The translations under genes were made by a program, and so were the position numbers. DNA of 32,000 nucleotides, taken from Mycobacterium leprae TN. Its GTDB lineage: Bacteria > Actinomycetota > Actinomycetes > Mycobacteriales > Mycobacteriaceae. Below are positions 11,191 through 22,419 of the stretch, one piece after another. The notes under the pieces are model-generated. The model did no database searches. It was not told where the DNA came from and saw only the letters and a program-made list of their open reading frames with translations. The number at the start of each line of letters is the position of its first letter. The stretch's first letter is position 1. The stretch is from the NCBI RefSeq assembly GCF_000195855.1, contig NC_002677.1:540001-572000 (forward strand), written 5' to 3'.

Positions 11191-12240
11191 TCAACAAATT
11201 GACAGCAGCACATAGGTGTTGCGAGCAGCCGCTGTGCCTCTCGCGGTGCCGGTCGAAGCATCCGCTAATTGGTTGGCCACGGGCAACAGTTCGCCCAGCT
11301 GCCTCGGGTACACCTGTTCGCCGGACGCGACTAGCTCCGCGATGTCGTTGGCGTCGCACCAGCGCGACCCGTGCAGGCAGAGGTGTTCCAACTCGGTCCA
11401 CCCCACGGTAGACGGCTCGAACCGCCGGGTGCGGTACACTAAGTAAAATTCCTCGCTATCGATCACAGAACCGTTGAACTCGAAAATTGCGTCGCGTCGC
11501 CAAATAGGTCCGACCATATGTGTCGGGATAACCCGCAGACCGGTTTCTTCTGCCAGCTCCCGCGCTGCGGCTGCTGCTAACCGTTCGCCTGGTCGCACTT
11601 CGCCGCCGACGGTGATCCACCACCTGGGTGCGTGGCCATTGGTAATAGCCGGATCCGAGCCGCATAGCAACAGCACCGCCCCGGTTTCGTCGAGGAGCAC
11701 CACCCGCGCCGAGGTCCGCTGGTTCGGCACACCGTGATCACCGTGCGTCAACGCATGAGGCCGCTCGACGATCTCGAAATAGGTTGGCACCGAAGCGGTG
11801 CCCCGGAGCCGCAAGGTGCGTACCAAGCGTTGTTCGCCCAGTGCGAGGGTGTCGCGGACCGCATCGTTGTGAAATCGACGGGCCAGCAACACGCGGGCTT
11901 CGGCGTCGGCCAACTCGGCGATTAGGGCTGTTGGCAACGACGCCGGATCAACCATCGCCAACGCGGCCGAAAGCTCGTTTTCCGCGTTTTCTCGCGTATG
12001 CCTGGGCGCGCACTCGGCGGCGTCGGCCAGCGCCGCCAACCGCCTACCCGGCGAAGTACCGCTGTACGCGTCGATGGCCACGGCACGCGCCACTACCGCG
12101 CGCCGCGCCAACGCTCCGTCCAGAGCCTGCCACGACAGGTCGTAGCGGACGTGCAATCGGTTCAGCCGATTTGCCGTTTGATATCCCCAGCCGCCCGCCA
12201 ACGTGGCCAGCGCCACTAACAGCACCAAGAGGGTCAGCAT
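11191..12240 (-). CDS. Nudix hydrolase-domain protein with N-terminal membrane segment (Rv2609c-like)
   Basis: N-terminal hydrophobic segment [20 protein letters not shown]; Nudix box region [24 protein letters not shown]; 349 aa; start overlaps the end of pimA. Confidence 0.88.
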   Translation of the reverse strand: MLTLLVLLVALATLAGGWGYQTANRLNRLHVRYDLSWQALDGALARRAVVARAVAIDAYSGTSPGRRLAALADAAECAPRHTRENAENELSAALAMVDPASLPTALIAELADAEARVLLARRFHNDAVRDTLALGEQRLVRTLRLRGTASVPTYFEIVERPHALTHGDHGVPNQRTSARVVLLDETGAVLLLCGSDPAITNGHAPRWWITVGGEVRPGERLAAAAARELAEETGLRVIPTHMVGPIWRRDAIFEFNGSVIDSEEFYLVYRTRRFEPSTVGWTELEHLCLHGSRWCDANDIAELVASGEQVYPRQLGELLPVANQLADASTGTARGTAAARNTYVLLSIC

Positions 12241-13364
12241 CAGCTAGCCACCTGCACCTTGGAACCTGACGTAGCGACCGTTTCGTACACCCGCATGATT
12301 TGGCTGGCCACCACCGACCAGTCATACCGACGAACCGCTTCGGCGCCGGCGGCCACGTAACGCTCCCGCAGGACGTCGTTGCGCAGCAACGCGACAAGCG
12401 CATCGGCCAACGCGGCGCTATCGCCCGCAGGCACTAAATGCCCGACTTCGCCGTCGCGCAGTACGCGGCGAAACGCGTCCAGATCACTCGCCACCACCGG
12501 AGTGCCGGCGGCCATCGCCTCCACCAGGACAATGCCGAAACTCTCGCCGCCGATGTTGGGCGCGCAATAGACGTCGGCGCTGCGCATCGCCGCGGCTTTT
12601 CCGGCGTCATCCACCTGGCCAAGAAAACGGATGTGCTCCACCAATCCGCCTGCCTGGCTCCGCAATTGCTCTTCGTCGCCACGGCCGACGATCAGTAACT
12701 GTACGTCGTCGAAGCATTCCATAACTCCCGGTAGGGCATCAAGCAGGACCGACATGCCTTTGCGTGGCTCGTCGTAGCGGCCGAGGAACAGTACCGTCTT
12801 GCCGAGCCGCGGGTACCCGGCTAGCTGGGGTGCCGAGGACAACGAATCAACGTTCACCCCGTTGGGGATCTCCACCGCATCGGACCCCAGAGCCTCCATT
12901 TGCCAGCGCCGTGCTAAGTCGGATACTGCGATCCGGCCGATGATCTTCTCGTGCCATGGTCGCAGCACGCCTTGGAATACCGACAGCGTCAGTGATTTGG
13001 TGGTGGAGGTATGAAATGTCGCGACGATTGGCCCCTCGGCCACCCGCAGCGCCCACATCGACAGGCTGGGTGCGTTCGGTTCGTGCAGGTGAAGCACGTC
13101 AAAATCGCCGTCCACTAACCAACGCCTGACTCTGCTGTGTACTGCCGGACTGAACTGCAGCCGCGCCACTGAACCGTTGTAGGGAATCGGGATCGCCCTG
13201 CCGGCGGAGACAACATATTCGGGCAGCGAGACATCCGGCGAAGCCGGCGCCAGCACACGGACCTGCTGTCCCCGCGCGCGCATCACCTCGGCCAGTTGCA
13301 AGACGTGCGATTGCACCCCGCCTGGCACATCGAACGAGTATGGACAGATCATCCCGATCCGCAT
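12240..13364 (-). CDS. pimA: phosphatidylinositol alpha-mannosyltransferase PimA (GT4 family)
   Basis: MRIGMICPYSFDVPGGVQSHVLQLAEVMRARG...LLIVGRGDEEQLR...GGESFGIVLVEAMAAGTPVVASDL; typical PimA. The exact stop may differ by one codon from the track (tandem TGA TGA at this end). Confidence 0.97.
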   Translation of the reverse strand: MRIGMICPYSFDVPGGVQSHVLQLAEVMRARGQQVRVLAPASPDVSLPEYVVSAGRAIPIPYNGSVARLQFSPAVHSRVRRWLVDGDFDVLHLHEPNAPSLSMWALRVAEGPIVATFHTSTTKSLTLSVFQGVLRPWHEKIIGRIAVSDLARRWQMEALGSDAVEIPNGVNVDSLSSAPQLAGYPRLGKTVLFLGRYDEPRKGMSVLLDALPGVMECFDDVQLLIVGRGDEEQLRSQAGGLVEHIRFLGQVDDAGKAAAMRSADVYCAPNIGGESFGIVLVEAMAAGTPVVASDLDAFRRVLRDGEVGHLVPAGDSAALADALVALLRNDVLRERYVAAGAEAVRRYDWSVVASQIMRVYETVATSGSKVQVAS

Positions 13365-13373
13365 AGGCTTCCC

Positions 13374-14336
13374 TCAATTCGGTCTCAGCTGCGCTCGCTT
13401 GGCATCGGACAAGTCAGCCAACCATTGCGGCTGAAGCATGTGCCAGTCGGTGGGGTTGGCGGCGATGTCCTGGGCGAACTGGTCGGCCAGCGCCTGGGTG
13501 ACGTCACCGACGTCACCGCTGGTGCAATCCAGCGCTGGGTGTACCGAAAAGCCCCAGCCGCTGCCCTGGAACCAGCAGTGAACCGGCAGTAGTGCAGCCC
13601 CGGTCTTGATTGCGAGCTTCGCTGGGCCTGCAGGCATGCGAGTGGGTTCGCCGAAGAAATCGACCTCAACGCCGGTGCGGGTGAGGTCACGCTCGGCCAT
13701 CAGACACACCACGCGGTTGGACCGCAACCGCTCGCACAGCAGCTCAAAGAGGGCTTGGAAGCCAGTATCCTTGTTCGCAGACATTGGCAGTACTTCGAAA
13801 CCGAGGTTTTCACGGTAGTTGATGAAACGCCGATACAGCGACTCGGGTTTGAGTCGTTCCGCGACGGTGGTGAAGGTACCGTGGCATTGCACCAGCCACA
13901 CGCCGGCCATATCCCAATTGCCGCTGTGCGGCAATGCCAGCACAACGCCGCGCCCAGCATCCAAGGCCTCCCCGACACGGTGCAGGTCGATGCCATAAGC
14001 CTCGACCTGCTTTGCCACCGTGTGGGGATTCATTGTCGGCAGACGAAACGCTTCCCGCCAATAGCGGGCATAAGACGCCAGCGAGGTGCGTATCAGTGCG
14101 TCCGGTACATCGGCAGCTTGCACACCGATGATGCGGGCCAGGTTCTTGCGCAATTGATCCGGTCCGCCGTTGCGGGCTGCGTAGCGCGCTCCGGTGTTGA
14201 ATGCGAAACGCGCAGCAGATTCCGGCATCGCGCGCACAGCCCTCCAGCCAGCCGCATACGCCCAGTCGATGGCCCGCCCGGTCATTAGCCGATGCGGAGC
14301 CCTGATCATTTTCAGCCCCGCTGTGCTGGTTGTCAC
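13374..14336 (-). CDS. patA: phosphatidylinositol mannoside acyltransferase (Rv2611c/PatA-type, LpxL/HtrB-like fold family)
   Basis: 320-aa ORF with acyltransferase HSGNWD motif (VVLALPHSGNWDMAGVWL), immediately upstream of pimA. Confidence 0.93.
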   Translation of the reverse strand: MTTSTAGLKMIRAPHRLMTGRAIDWAYAAGWRAVRAMPESAARFAFNTGARYAARNGGPDQLRKNLARIIGVQAADVPDALIRTSLASYARYWREAFRLPTMNPHTVAKQVEAYGIDLHRVGEALDAGRGVVLALPHSGNWDMAGVWLVQCHGTFTTVAERLKPESLYRRFINYRENLGFEVLPMSANKDTGFQALFELLCERLRSNRVVCLMAERDLTRTGVEVDFFGEPTRMPAGPAKLAIKTGAALLPVHCWFQGSGWGFSVHPALDCTSGDVGDVTQALADQFAQDIAANPTDWHMLQPQWLADLSDAKRAQLRPN

Positions 14337-15052
14337 GGCTCGCCTGTTCCCAGGTTTCCGGGACCGGGTTGGCCCCCATTCGTCGCGTTAGTCCTGTCGC
14401 TAGCGCTAGGGTAGCCTGGTCTGGCAATGCGATCGGTTGCCCCCGGCGAGGTGTGCACTGTGTGCAACCGTTGCGCACAGGTGATGAGGCTGGCGACCAC
14501 TAACAGCCACATCGCCACCGACAACGCCCACGGCAACGAATACACCGGAAAGTCCGATAAGCCCGCACCGACCAGCACGATGATCAAACGTTCCGGCCGT
14601 TCGATGAGGCCATCATCGCCGCGTAGCCCGCTGGCTTCGGCCCGGGCCTTGATGTAAGAAATCACCTGCGAGGTGACCAAACAGATCAAGGTTGCCACCA
14701 CCAGGTGTTTGCTGTGCAGGCCGAACGCCATCCACCACAGCAGTCCGCAGAATACCGCTCCGTCACTGATACGGTCACACGTCGCATCGAGAACCGCGCC
14801 GTACCGGGTGCCGCCGCCACGTTCCCTGGCCATCGCCCCGTCGAGCATGTCGAAAAGTACGAAAAACCAGACTACCAGAGTACCGGCGAAGAGTTTGCCG
14901 ATCGGGAAAAGTACCAGCGCCCCCGACGCAGCCACGATGGTGCCTAAGACGGTGATGGCATCCGGCGTCAAGCCGACCCGCAGCAACGCTCTTGCGGTCG
15001 GAGTCGTGAGCCGCGTAAACGTCGCCCGGGACAGGAATGGCACCTTGCTCAT
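14333..15052 (-). CDS. pgsA: CDP-alcohol phosphatidyltransferase (PI phosphate synthase type)
   Basis: Start [15 protein letters not shown] at 15052; CDP-alcohol phosphotransferase signature in DMLDGAMARERGGGTRYGAVLDATCDRISDG. The ATG overlaps the preceding gene's stop. Confidence 0.95.
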   Translation of the reverse strand: MSKVPFLSRATFTRLTTPTARALLRVGLTPDAITVLGTIVAASGALVLFPIGKLFAGTLVVWFFVLFDMLDGAMARERGGGTRYGAVLDATCDRISDGAVFCGLLWWMAFGLHSKHLVVATLICLVTSQVISYIKARAEASGLRGDDGLIERPERLIIVLVGAGLSDFPVYSLPWALSVAMWLLVVASLITCAQRLHTVHTSPGATDRIARPGYPSASDRTNATNGGQPGPGNLGTGEP

Positions 15053-15669
15053 AAGCTTCGCTCTGCATCGTCGCCACTGCGGCTCATAAACTGTTTCGTC
15101 CACTCCGTCGCAAGCAGCTGTCGAGTATCCCGGAGCAACTGCGGGATCACTTTGGAGCCGCCGATGATGGTGATGAAGTTCGCGTCGCCACCCCACCGTG
15201 GCACGACATGCACATGCAGGTGCTCGGCCAGCGATCCTCCCGCCGATGTCCCCAAGTTTAGGCCCACGTTAAAGCCATGTGGCCGAGACACGTTCTTGAT
15301 GACGCGAATCGCCTTCTGAGTGAAGGTCATCAACTCCGCGCTCTCTGCGTCGGTTAGGTCTTCAAGCTCGGAAACTTGCCGGTAGGGCACCACCATTAGG
15401 TGCCCGGGGTTGTACGGGTAGAGGTTGAGCACGGCGTAGACGAGTTCACCGCGGGCTACCACCAAGCCGTCTTCATCGGACAATTGTGGAATGTCGGTGA
15501 ACGGCTGCGCCGGGGTGGAGTTGTCGTGATTGACTGGCGCTTCAGCCAGATAGGTCATCCGGTACGGTGTCCACAGCCGTTGCAAGTGGTCGCGCTCGCC
15601 GACGCCCATGTCCAAGATGGTGCCGTCTGTGTGATCGGCACGTGTGTCGGGTCTTTCCTGCTCACTCAC
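15049..15669 (-). CDS. HIT-domain protein (Rv2613c-like Ap4A phosphorylase)
   Basis: HIT motif [10 protein letters not shown] with [22 protein letters not shown]; 206 aa. Confidence 0.95.
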   Translation of the reverse strand: MSEQERPDTRADHTDGTILDMGVGERDHLQRLWTPYRMTYLAEAPVNHDNSTPAQPFTDIPQLSDEDGLVVARGELVYAVLNLYPYNPGHLMVVPYRQVSELEDLTDAESAELMTFTQKAIRVIKNVSRPHGFNVGLNLGTSAGGSLAEHLHVHVVPRWGGDANFITIIGGSKVIPQLLRDTRQLLATEWTKQFMSRSGDDAERSL

Positions 15670-17770
15670 CGCCGGTTACTTTCACCAATTCTGCTGTGGG
15701 AAAATCATTCTCGCGGTCAACGATCCAACAAACGATGGCCTCGACGGCACTGTCGCGGGCGACGCCGTTGATCTGTGTGCGGTCACCAAAGCGGAAGCTC
15801 ACCGACCCGGTCCGCACGTCGCGGTCGCCGGCCAGTAACATAAACGGCACTTTCTGGTTGGTGTGACGGACGATTTTCTTTGCCATCCGATCGTCGCTGA
15901 CATCCACCTCCGTCCGGACACCACACGATTTCAGTTGCGCAGCAACCTCTTCCAAGTAAGATACATGCTCACCGGTGACCGGTATACCGACCACCTGAAT
16001 GGGCGCTAGCCAGGCAGGGAATGCTCCCGCATAGTGTTCGGTGAGGATGCCGAAGAATCGCTCGATTGATCCGAATAACGCCCGGTGAATCATGACTGGG
16101 CGCTGCCGAGTCCCGTCCGCGGAGGTGTACTCCAATGCGAACCGTTCGGGAAAGTTGAAGTCTACCTGGATGGTGGACATCTGCCAGCTGCGACCCAGTG
16201 CGTCGCGCACCTGCACCGAGATCTTCGGGCCGTAGAACGCGGCGCCACCTGGATCGGGAACCAATGGGAGAGTAGAATTCTCGGCTACCTCCGCCAGCGC
16301 GGCTGTGGCTTCTTCCCAGATCTCTTCGGAGCCAACAAATTTCTCCGGGTCTTTAGTAGAAAGCTCGAGGTAAAAATCTTCTAGCCCATAGTCGCCAAGA
16401 AGATCCAGGACGAACCGGAGCAGCGACGCCAGCTCGCAGTGCAGCTGCTCGCGGGTGCAGAAGATGTGCGAGTCGTCCATGGTGAACCCGCGGGCACGGG
16501 TAAGCCCATGTACTACACCAGATTTCTCGTAGCGGTAGATCGTGCCGAACTCGAAGAGCCGTAGTGGCAACTCTCGATACGAACGTCCGCGCGAGGAGAA
16601 AATCAGGGTGTGCATCGGGCAGTTCATTGGCTTGAGGTAGTAGTCTTGCCCTGGCTTACGCACCGTGCCGTCATCGTTGTGTTCGGCGTCGAGGTGCATC
16701 GGGGGGAATATACCCTCGGCGTACCAGTCGAGGTGACCCGAAGTGTGGAACAGCTGCGCCTTGGTAATATGCGGGGTGTTGACGAATTGGTAGCCGGCTT
16801 CGATGTGCTTGCGCCGGGAGTACTCTTCCATTTCCCGACGTACGATGCTCCCCTTAGGGTGAAAAATCGCTAAGCCAGAACCGATTTCGTCGGGGAAACT
16901 GAACAGATCCAGCTCAATGCCCAGCTTGCGATGGTCGCGGCGCTGGGCCTCGGTAATCATCTCAAGGTGGCGATCGAGGGCCTCCTGCGATTCCCACGCG
17001 GTACCATAGATGCGCTGCAGGCTGGCGTTTTTCTGGTTGCCTCGCCAGTACGCAGCGGAACTTCTGGTCAGCTTGAACGCAGGAATGTGCTTGGTAGTTG
17101 GGATGTGTGGTCCGCGGCACAGGTCACCCCAAATACGTTCCCCGTTGCGGGCGTTGAGGTTGTCATAAGCGGTGAGCTCATCGCCGCCGACCTCCATGAT
17201 CTCGGCATCCCCCGATTCGTCGTCGACAAGTTCCAGCTTGTATGGTTCGCCGGCCCACTCGGTACGAGCTTGCTCCTTGGATTCGTAGATCCGTCGCGAG
17301 AACAGCTGCCCTTCCTTGACAATCTGCCGCATCCGCTTTTCTAGCGCCTTTAAATCTTCAGGCGTGAACGGTTCGGCCACGTCGAAGTCGTAGTAGAAGC
17401 CATCGGTAATAGGCGGCCCGATCCCCAGTTTGGCTTGTGGGAACAGGTCTTGGACAGCTTGGGCCAAAACGTGTGCCGTCGAATGCCGGATCACGCTGCG
17501 GCCGTCGTCGGTATTGACGGGTACCGGAGTCACCTCGACGTCGACGTCCGGAACCCAGCTTAAGTCGCGTAACTTCCCGTCGGCGTCGCGCACCACCACA
17601 ATCGCATCGGGAGCGCCATGTGTTGGCAATCCGGCCTCGCTGACCGCGGCCGCTGCGGTACTACCGGCAGGAACCTGGATTGGGACTTGCGGCGACCGCA
17701 AGCCCGGCGTGGCCGGGCGCAGCGGGTCGCCGCCATCGGCTCCAGGGACGGGGTGTACGGGGGCGCTCAT
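15662..17770 (-). CDS. thrS: threonyl-tRNA synthetase
   Basis: TGS domain, class II aaRS motifs ([45 protein letters not shown]) and an anticodon-binding domain. ORF open to 17785; [10 protein letters not shown] at 17770 is the likely start. Confidence 0.97.
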
Positions 17771-17849
17771 CGGGTTGGTCTCCAAGACGAATTTGTAGCC
17801 GGGTTGTAATTGGGGACATAACTGATAACGGTTGCCATGCTATCGGGGC

Positions 17850-18330
17850 GGGCTTTGAAGAAACCAAGCCCATTAAGGGTCGAGTGTGTCTCAGTCAGTG
17901 CGCATCATGGCTGGCCGAGCTTAAACCGCATAAACAACGCGTCAGCTTCGTTCAACAGGGTGTCGCCGTCGGTCAATCGGCCCGAAACGAAGCTCTTGTG
18001 CCCGTCCACCTGGTTGACGCCGACATCGATCTGCAGCTCCTTTCCAATCGACACGATGTGCCGGTAATTGATTTTGAAGTAAGGCGGTGCGCTGGTAGGA
18101 ACCCTCGGTTAGCACCGCAGACGTCAACTACAGCACTGTATCGAACAGCATTTCAGCAGCTTCGCCGTGCACAGCATCGTTGCGTACCAGATTAAGCCGG
18201 GCGAATCACGCCCAGCCACGAACGCGGCTGTCGTCGGTTTTACCGGCAGATATCGGCACCGTCAGGATGTTTGTTGCGGACAGGTAGGTCCATCCAGCGA
18301 CCCGACTTGCTGGCCACCACGACACCGAAT
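17850..18330 (-). pseudogene. Probable hot-dog fold (PaaI-like) thioesterase pseudogene
   Basis: Minus strand: FKINYRHIVSIGKELQIDVGVNQVDGHKSFVSGRLTDGDTLLNEADALFMRFKLGQP**, resembling the second half of hot-dog thioesterases; upstream portion frameshifted. Confidence 0.5.
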
Positions 18331-18362
18331 TGCCTACCGAGAGGTGTAAACCACCGGCTCGG

Positions 18363-19238
18363 TCACTGGGCCCCAGCAGCCGAGAGCATCTCGAACTCGT
18401 CGTCGGAAAGGCTGATCTCGGCGGCGGCGACGTTCTCCTCCAGGTGCGCCACCCGCGATGTCCCTGGAATCGGCAACATCACCGGCGATCGCTTTAGCAA
18501 CCAGGCCAGCGCCAGTTGCGACGGCGTCGCGTGATGGTTGACGGCGATGCGCTGCAGCGGTCCGTCCGGGGCCGCCAACGGTCCCGCGGCCAGTGGGGAC
18601 CACGGGATGAAGCCGATGCCCCGACTGGTCACGGCATCTAACAGTGGTTCGGCAGCTCGCGCCGACAAGTTGTACATGTTCTGCACCGACACGATCTCTG
18701 TGATCTGCTGGGCCGCGGTGAGTTGATCGAGGTTGATCTCGGACAGACCGATATGGCGGATCTTGCCTTCGTTTTTCAATGTGAACAGCTCGCCCACTTG
18801 GTCGGCCAGTGGGAAGTTCGGGTCGATCCGGTGCAGTTGAAACAGATCGATGGTGTCGACGTTGAGACGGCGCAGGCTCATTTCCAGTTCTTGGCGCAGG
18901 TAGCTTGGATTACCCAGCGGGATCCATACGTCCCGGCCTGTCCGCAACAAACCGGCCTTGGTTGCGATCACCAGTCCCTTGTAGGGATGCAACGCCTCGG
19001 CAATTATCTCCTCGGAGACGTAGGGGCCGTAGGAGTCGGCGGTATCGATGAAGTTCACCCCCAATTCGACGGCGCGTCGCAGTACCCGCACGGCCTCGTA
19101 GCGGTCAACGGGCGGGCCCCACACTCCCTTACCCGTTAGGCGCATCGCGCCGAAACCAAGTCGGTTGACCTTCAGGTCGCCACCGAGCGTGAACGCTCCG
19201 GATGCCTGGGCCAGAGCCTGAGAGTTTTGTGATGTCAC
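18363..19238 (-). CDS. aldo/keto reductase family oxidoreductase
   Basis: VNRLGFGAMRLTG, GVNFIDTADSYG, HIGLSE, MLPIPGTSR; intact. GTG start at 19238 (VTSQNSQALAQ...) is preferred over the longer track ORF start at 19292. Confidence 0.9.
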   Translation of the reverse strand: MTSQNSQALAQASGAFTLGGDLKVNRLGFGAMRLTGKGVWGPPVDRYEAVRVLRRAVELGVNFIDTADSYGPYVSEEIIAEALHPYKGLVIATKAGLLRTGRDVWIPLGNPSYLRQELEMSLRRLNVDTIDLFQLHRIDPNFPLADQVGELFTLKNEGKIRHIGLSEINLDQLTAAQQITEIVSVQNMYNLSARAAEPLLDAVTSRGIGFIPWSPLAAGPLAAPDGPLQRIAVNHHATPSQLALAWLLKRSPVMLPIPGTSRVAHLEENVAAAEISLSDDEFEMLSAAGAQ

Positions 19239-20269
19239 TTCCACGACCGTACGCCAAAAACGACGCATTTTTAAGCATAGCAAGCTAAACAAGTGTATAT
19301 TTATGCGCTTGAAGTAATGCCGACTGACCTACCAGGAGGTGCGCGCGACCGTAGCCGGCCAGCTGCCACCAAAACATATGACCATCTGCGCGTGCAGACC
19401 GAAATCGGCACGGGACAGCAGCGCTTCGAGTAAGCCGCCGACGCCGCCCTGCACTGGGACATGTAACGCGGAGCTGGCCTGTGCGTGCGAGCCAGTTCTG
19501 AGGTCGCCGCCGTAGAGGACGGTGGTGCTGGTTCGAATAGGGTGTCTATCTGGCGTCGTACCGGGTAGTGTTATGTCGTCGACTAACCCGATCTACACGG
19601 GTGCTCCTACGGGACTTGCCGGGTCATCCGGAGTCCGACGAGGGTCGGTTTGCGGTTCACTGTGACGCTGGTGGATGCATGGATGGAGGCCCGATGTTTC
19701 ATCGCTAAGTATTTGTGTGCGCGTAGTCCTATAGCCGGATAGAGGAGCAGGTCGACGATGATCTTGGCCCCCAGGTACCGATCCTCGGCGCAGCCATTAC
19801 CAGCATACCAGCCGAATCTCGAATCGTCTTGACGAGATACATGCACTGGTCGACGCTGTCAGAAAATTAGGTCGCTAATCCAGCTAAGTACATACTCTAG
19901 TGATGCAGGTGGGTCAACAGGTTGAAAAATTTGTCTACCCCAAAACAAGCAAGTATGGTCGTGACAGTCAATATGATGCTTAGCATCAGTCGCTGATTCG
20001 CAAGGGCAAGGGTTGCGGCGGCCGGGTTGGCCCCCAAGACTATAGAAAACTATGAAAAAGAAATAATTATATATATATTTAGTGTATGTCACTACATATT
20101 ATATTATGGGAATGTAACAATGGGTTGCAGAGCTTCACCAGTAGCGCACCGCCGGGATTTGTATGATTGCTGACTTAGAGCATCACCAAATTCCACTTTT
20201 TTGTTTGTGCTCAAATTAGCGCCGGTCGGCCGTGACCCAGGCAGCCGATACCGTCGGCATCCCACCTCA

Positions 20270-20289
20270 CCAAGTGAAATTTCACTTGG
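20270..20289. repeat. Perfect 20-bp palindrome
   Basis: ccaagtgaaatttcacttgg is identical to its reverse complement. Confidence 0.95.
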
Positions 20290-21589
20290 ACCGGCTCACG
20301 GCCTAGGGTCTGTTGGAAAGTGACTATGCATGCCTGATTGACCAATCCGGTCCCGACGCGGGGCGAACCTCCAGGCTGTACCGCAGGGCCCGCCGCGACA
20401 TCGCGGTCAGTCTCCCGCAGCTGCAATACGATGTTGTTCGGGCAGCTGATACGTGGCCATCTCGCAATATCGCAATATAACTAGCACCAGAGAACCCGTC
20501 ATCGAAGTGCTGCATCGCGTCGTTCATGACTAAGGGCAGACGATCGACGCTGTGCTGCTTGCAGGCAATTGCGCGTCGAGCCTCGCGCTGGATGGCAGCC
20601 CTATCTCTCACAGGCGGCGAGCGAACTCCGCTCGCCCGAGCGCATTGTTTCGATCACCTCGCTCACCTAGGCGTCGTCGCTGATCATTCCTACGCCCTGA
20701 CCGGGCGTCAACGAGCGCGGTGTGTGCATGTGCAGTCGTCGACTGCGATCGAGGCAATCTAGATTGGCACGTGCTGCCGGATCAGCGGTCAACGCGTCCT
20801 TGTTGCCCGCCCAGCACACAACGAAACCGTTGGTCAGCACGCGCTACAGAAATCGCGCCGATCAGGGCAGACTCATGACGACATCGAAGATTCGATTGAC
20901 CGCGGTGTCGGTTGCTTTAGTCGCTATTGGGGTCCGACGGCTGCCGTCGCCGGTCACCGACTCTCGGCACGCAGCCAGGCGAGTAGCCCACCCACACCTC
21001 GCTCGCGCCGGCGGCCAATACCTCGGTCAGTCTGCGGTACGCAGGAAATTCCGCTAAGCAACCGGCCGTGGCACCAACACCGCATCCAAGACGCTGTCAA
21101 ACAACGTCAGCGTGCGGCGCTTCACGTCCCCGTGCCCGTCGCCCTCAGACTCGCGGGCGACCAGGATGGCGACACGCGCATCGATCGCTTGACGGGCTCC
21201 GAGGCTGTCATATGCCTGTGTGGCTGTGGTGATTCCGGTGTCATGCGTCTGATTGACCTACGACCAGTTCGCGCCGAAACTAACTGACAACAAGGTGTAC
21301 TGCGAGGCAAGGGCATCCTCTAACAGCTCGGCTTCGTTGCTTATCAACCAAGTTCACTATGCTGATACCGAATTTCCCTTGCCTATAAGGAAATTCAGTT
21401 TTTATGTGACAATATAATCGGCATTGCCCATGCCGACTATATTTAGTCTACCGGCAGCGGTGACCGGAGTGGCCAACTTACCGCCGGTGATCTCGCCCAT
21501 TGGGGCGTTAATGATCGGTACTCTTAGGACGAAACTCCTTGACCAGAGCGTCGATAACATCACTGTGTGCTATTGCGGCGAGTGAGCGA

Positions 21590-21842
21590 TGCTTTTCAAC
21601 CCGGTCAGGATGATCCAAATCCTTGACGGGTGCTGTTGCCATGGAATTGCGACGTAGTCACCGGCCTTGCCATCCCGGGCGTTGCCACCGGCGGTAAGGC
21701 GTACGTGACCGCGCAGCACCTGCAACGTAGCCTTACTTGGGCTGTAATGTTCCGGACAGATCGTGGCTGACAAGCAGCGCCAGCACGGTCTGACAAAGCT
21801 AGTGGGTATGAGCACCGTGGATGGTGTGTGTGATGAAGACAT
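21590..21842 (-). pseudogene. Cupin-domain protein remnant
   Basis: Minus strand: SKATLQVLRGHVRLTAGGNARDGKAGDYVAIPWQ, a cupin-type beta-strand pattern, degraded beyond this. Confidence 0.55.
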
Positions 21843-22419
21843 ATATTACTATTATGACTGCATATATTGCGCTGCCGATGTTGCCAGCCCGACTGGGTAT
21901 TTACCCGGAGGACTCTTTAGCTTGGCGAAGCTGCTTGTTATACGTGGGGAGAAGCAGTATGTCTTCGGCCTGAATGACTCGACGAGTGTCGGCCCCGGGC
22001 CGGGCAACATGCCCTGGCTGGACGACCCAGGCCTGTCTGCTGTCATTGCGAGTTCCGTCGCAGCGGCTGAATTGGCTGCTGCGCGATCCTGGTAATTTCT
22101 AGCGGCTCGTTCGTGAACAGCTTCCTGGTTACCGGGCACATACTGCGCTTGGGCGAGTTTATCTAGCTTGCATCGACCGTGCTTTACTTTGGCAGCACCC
22201 GACGATCGTCCACTTAGCCAGGCCCCCTGATATCACTGGACGACGGGATCCAGCTCGTCACCAGTCACACAATGTACAGACTGACGGCCTTCATTGAAGC
22301 GCGGGTTCCTGGTCTTTAGTGCATGCCGGGGAGCTCGAAATTCAGGGTGGTGCGCAATCTCGCGAAAAGACGGTCATTCCGAACCAGTAGAAGCCGATTT
22401 CGCGCTCCGTGCTCGACAG

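Noticed and set aside
13810-14478. 222-aa minus ORF and several plus ORFs within patA/pgsA
   Set aside because: Alternative frames of high-GC real genes; the conserved products are in other frames.
16931-17344. 137-aa plus ORF and other plus ORFs opposite thrS
   Set aside because: Antisense open frames caused by GC-biased codon usage; the thrS frame is unambiguous.
21763-22095. 110-aa plus ORF ending in GPGPGNMPWLDDPGLSAVIASSVAAAELAAARSW as a novel protein
   Set aside because: Overlaps the cupin remnant on the opposite strand and a 95-aa antisense ORF; no independent coding evidence.
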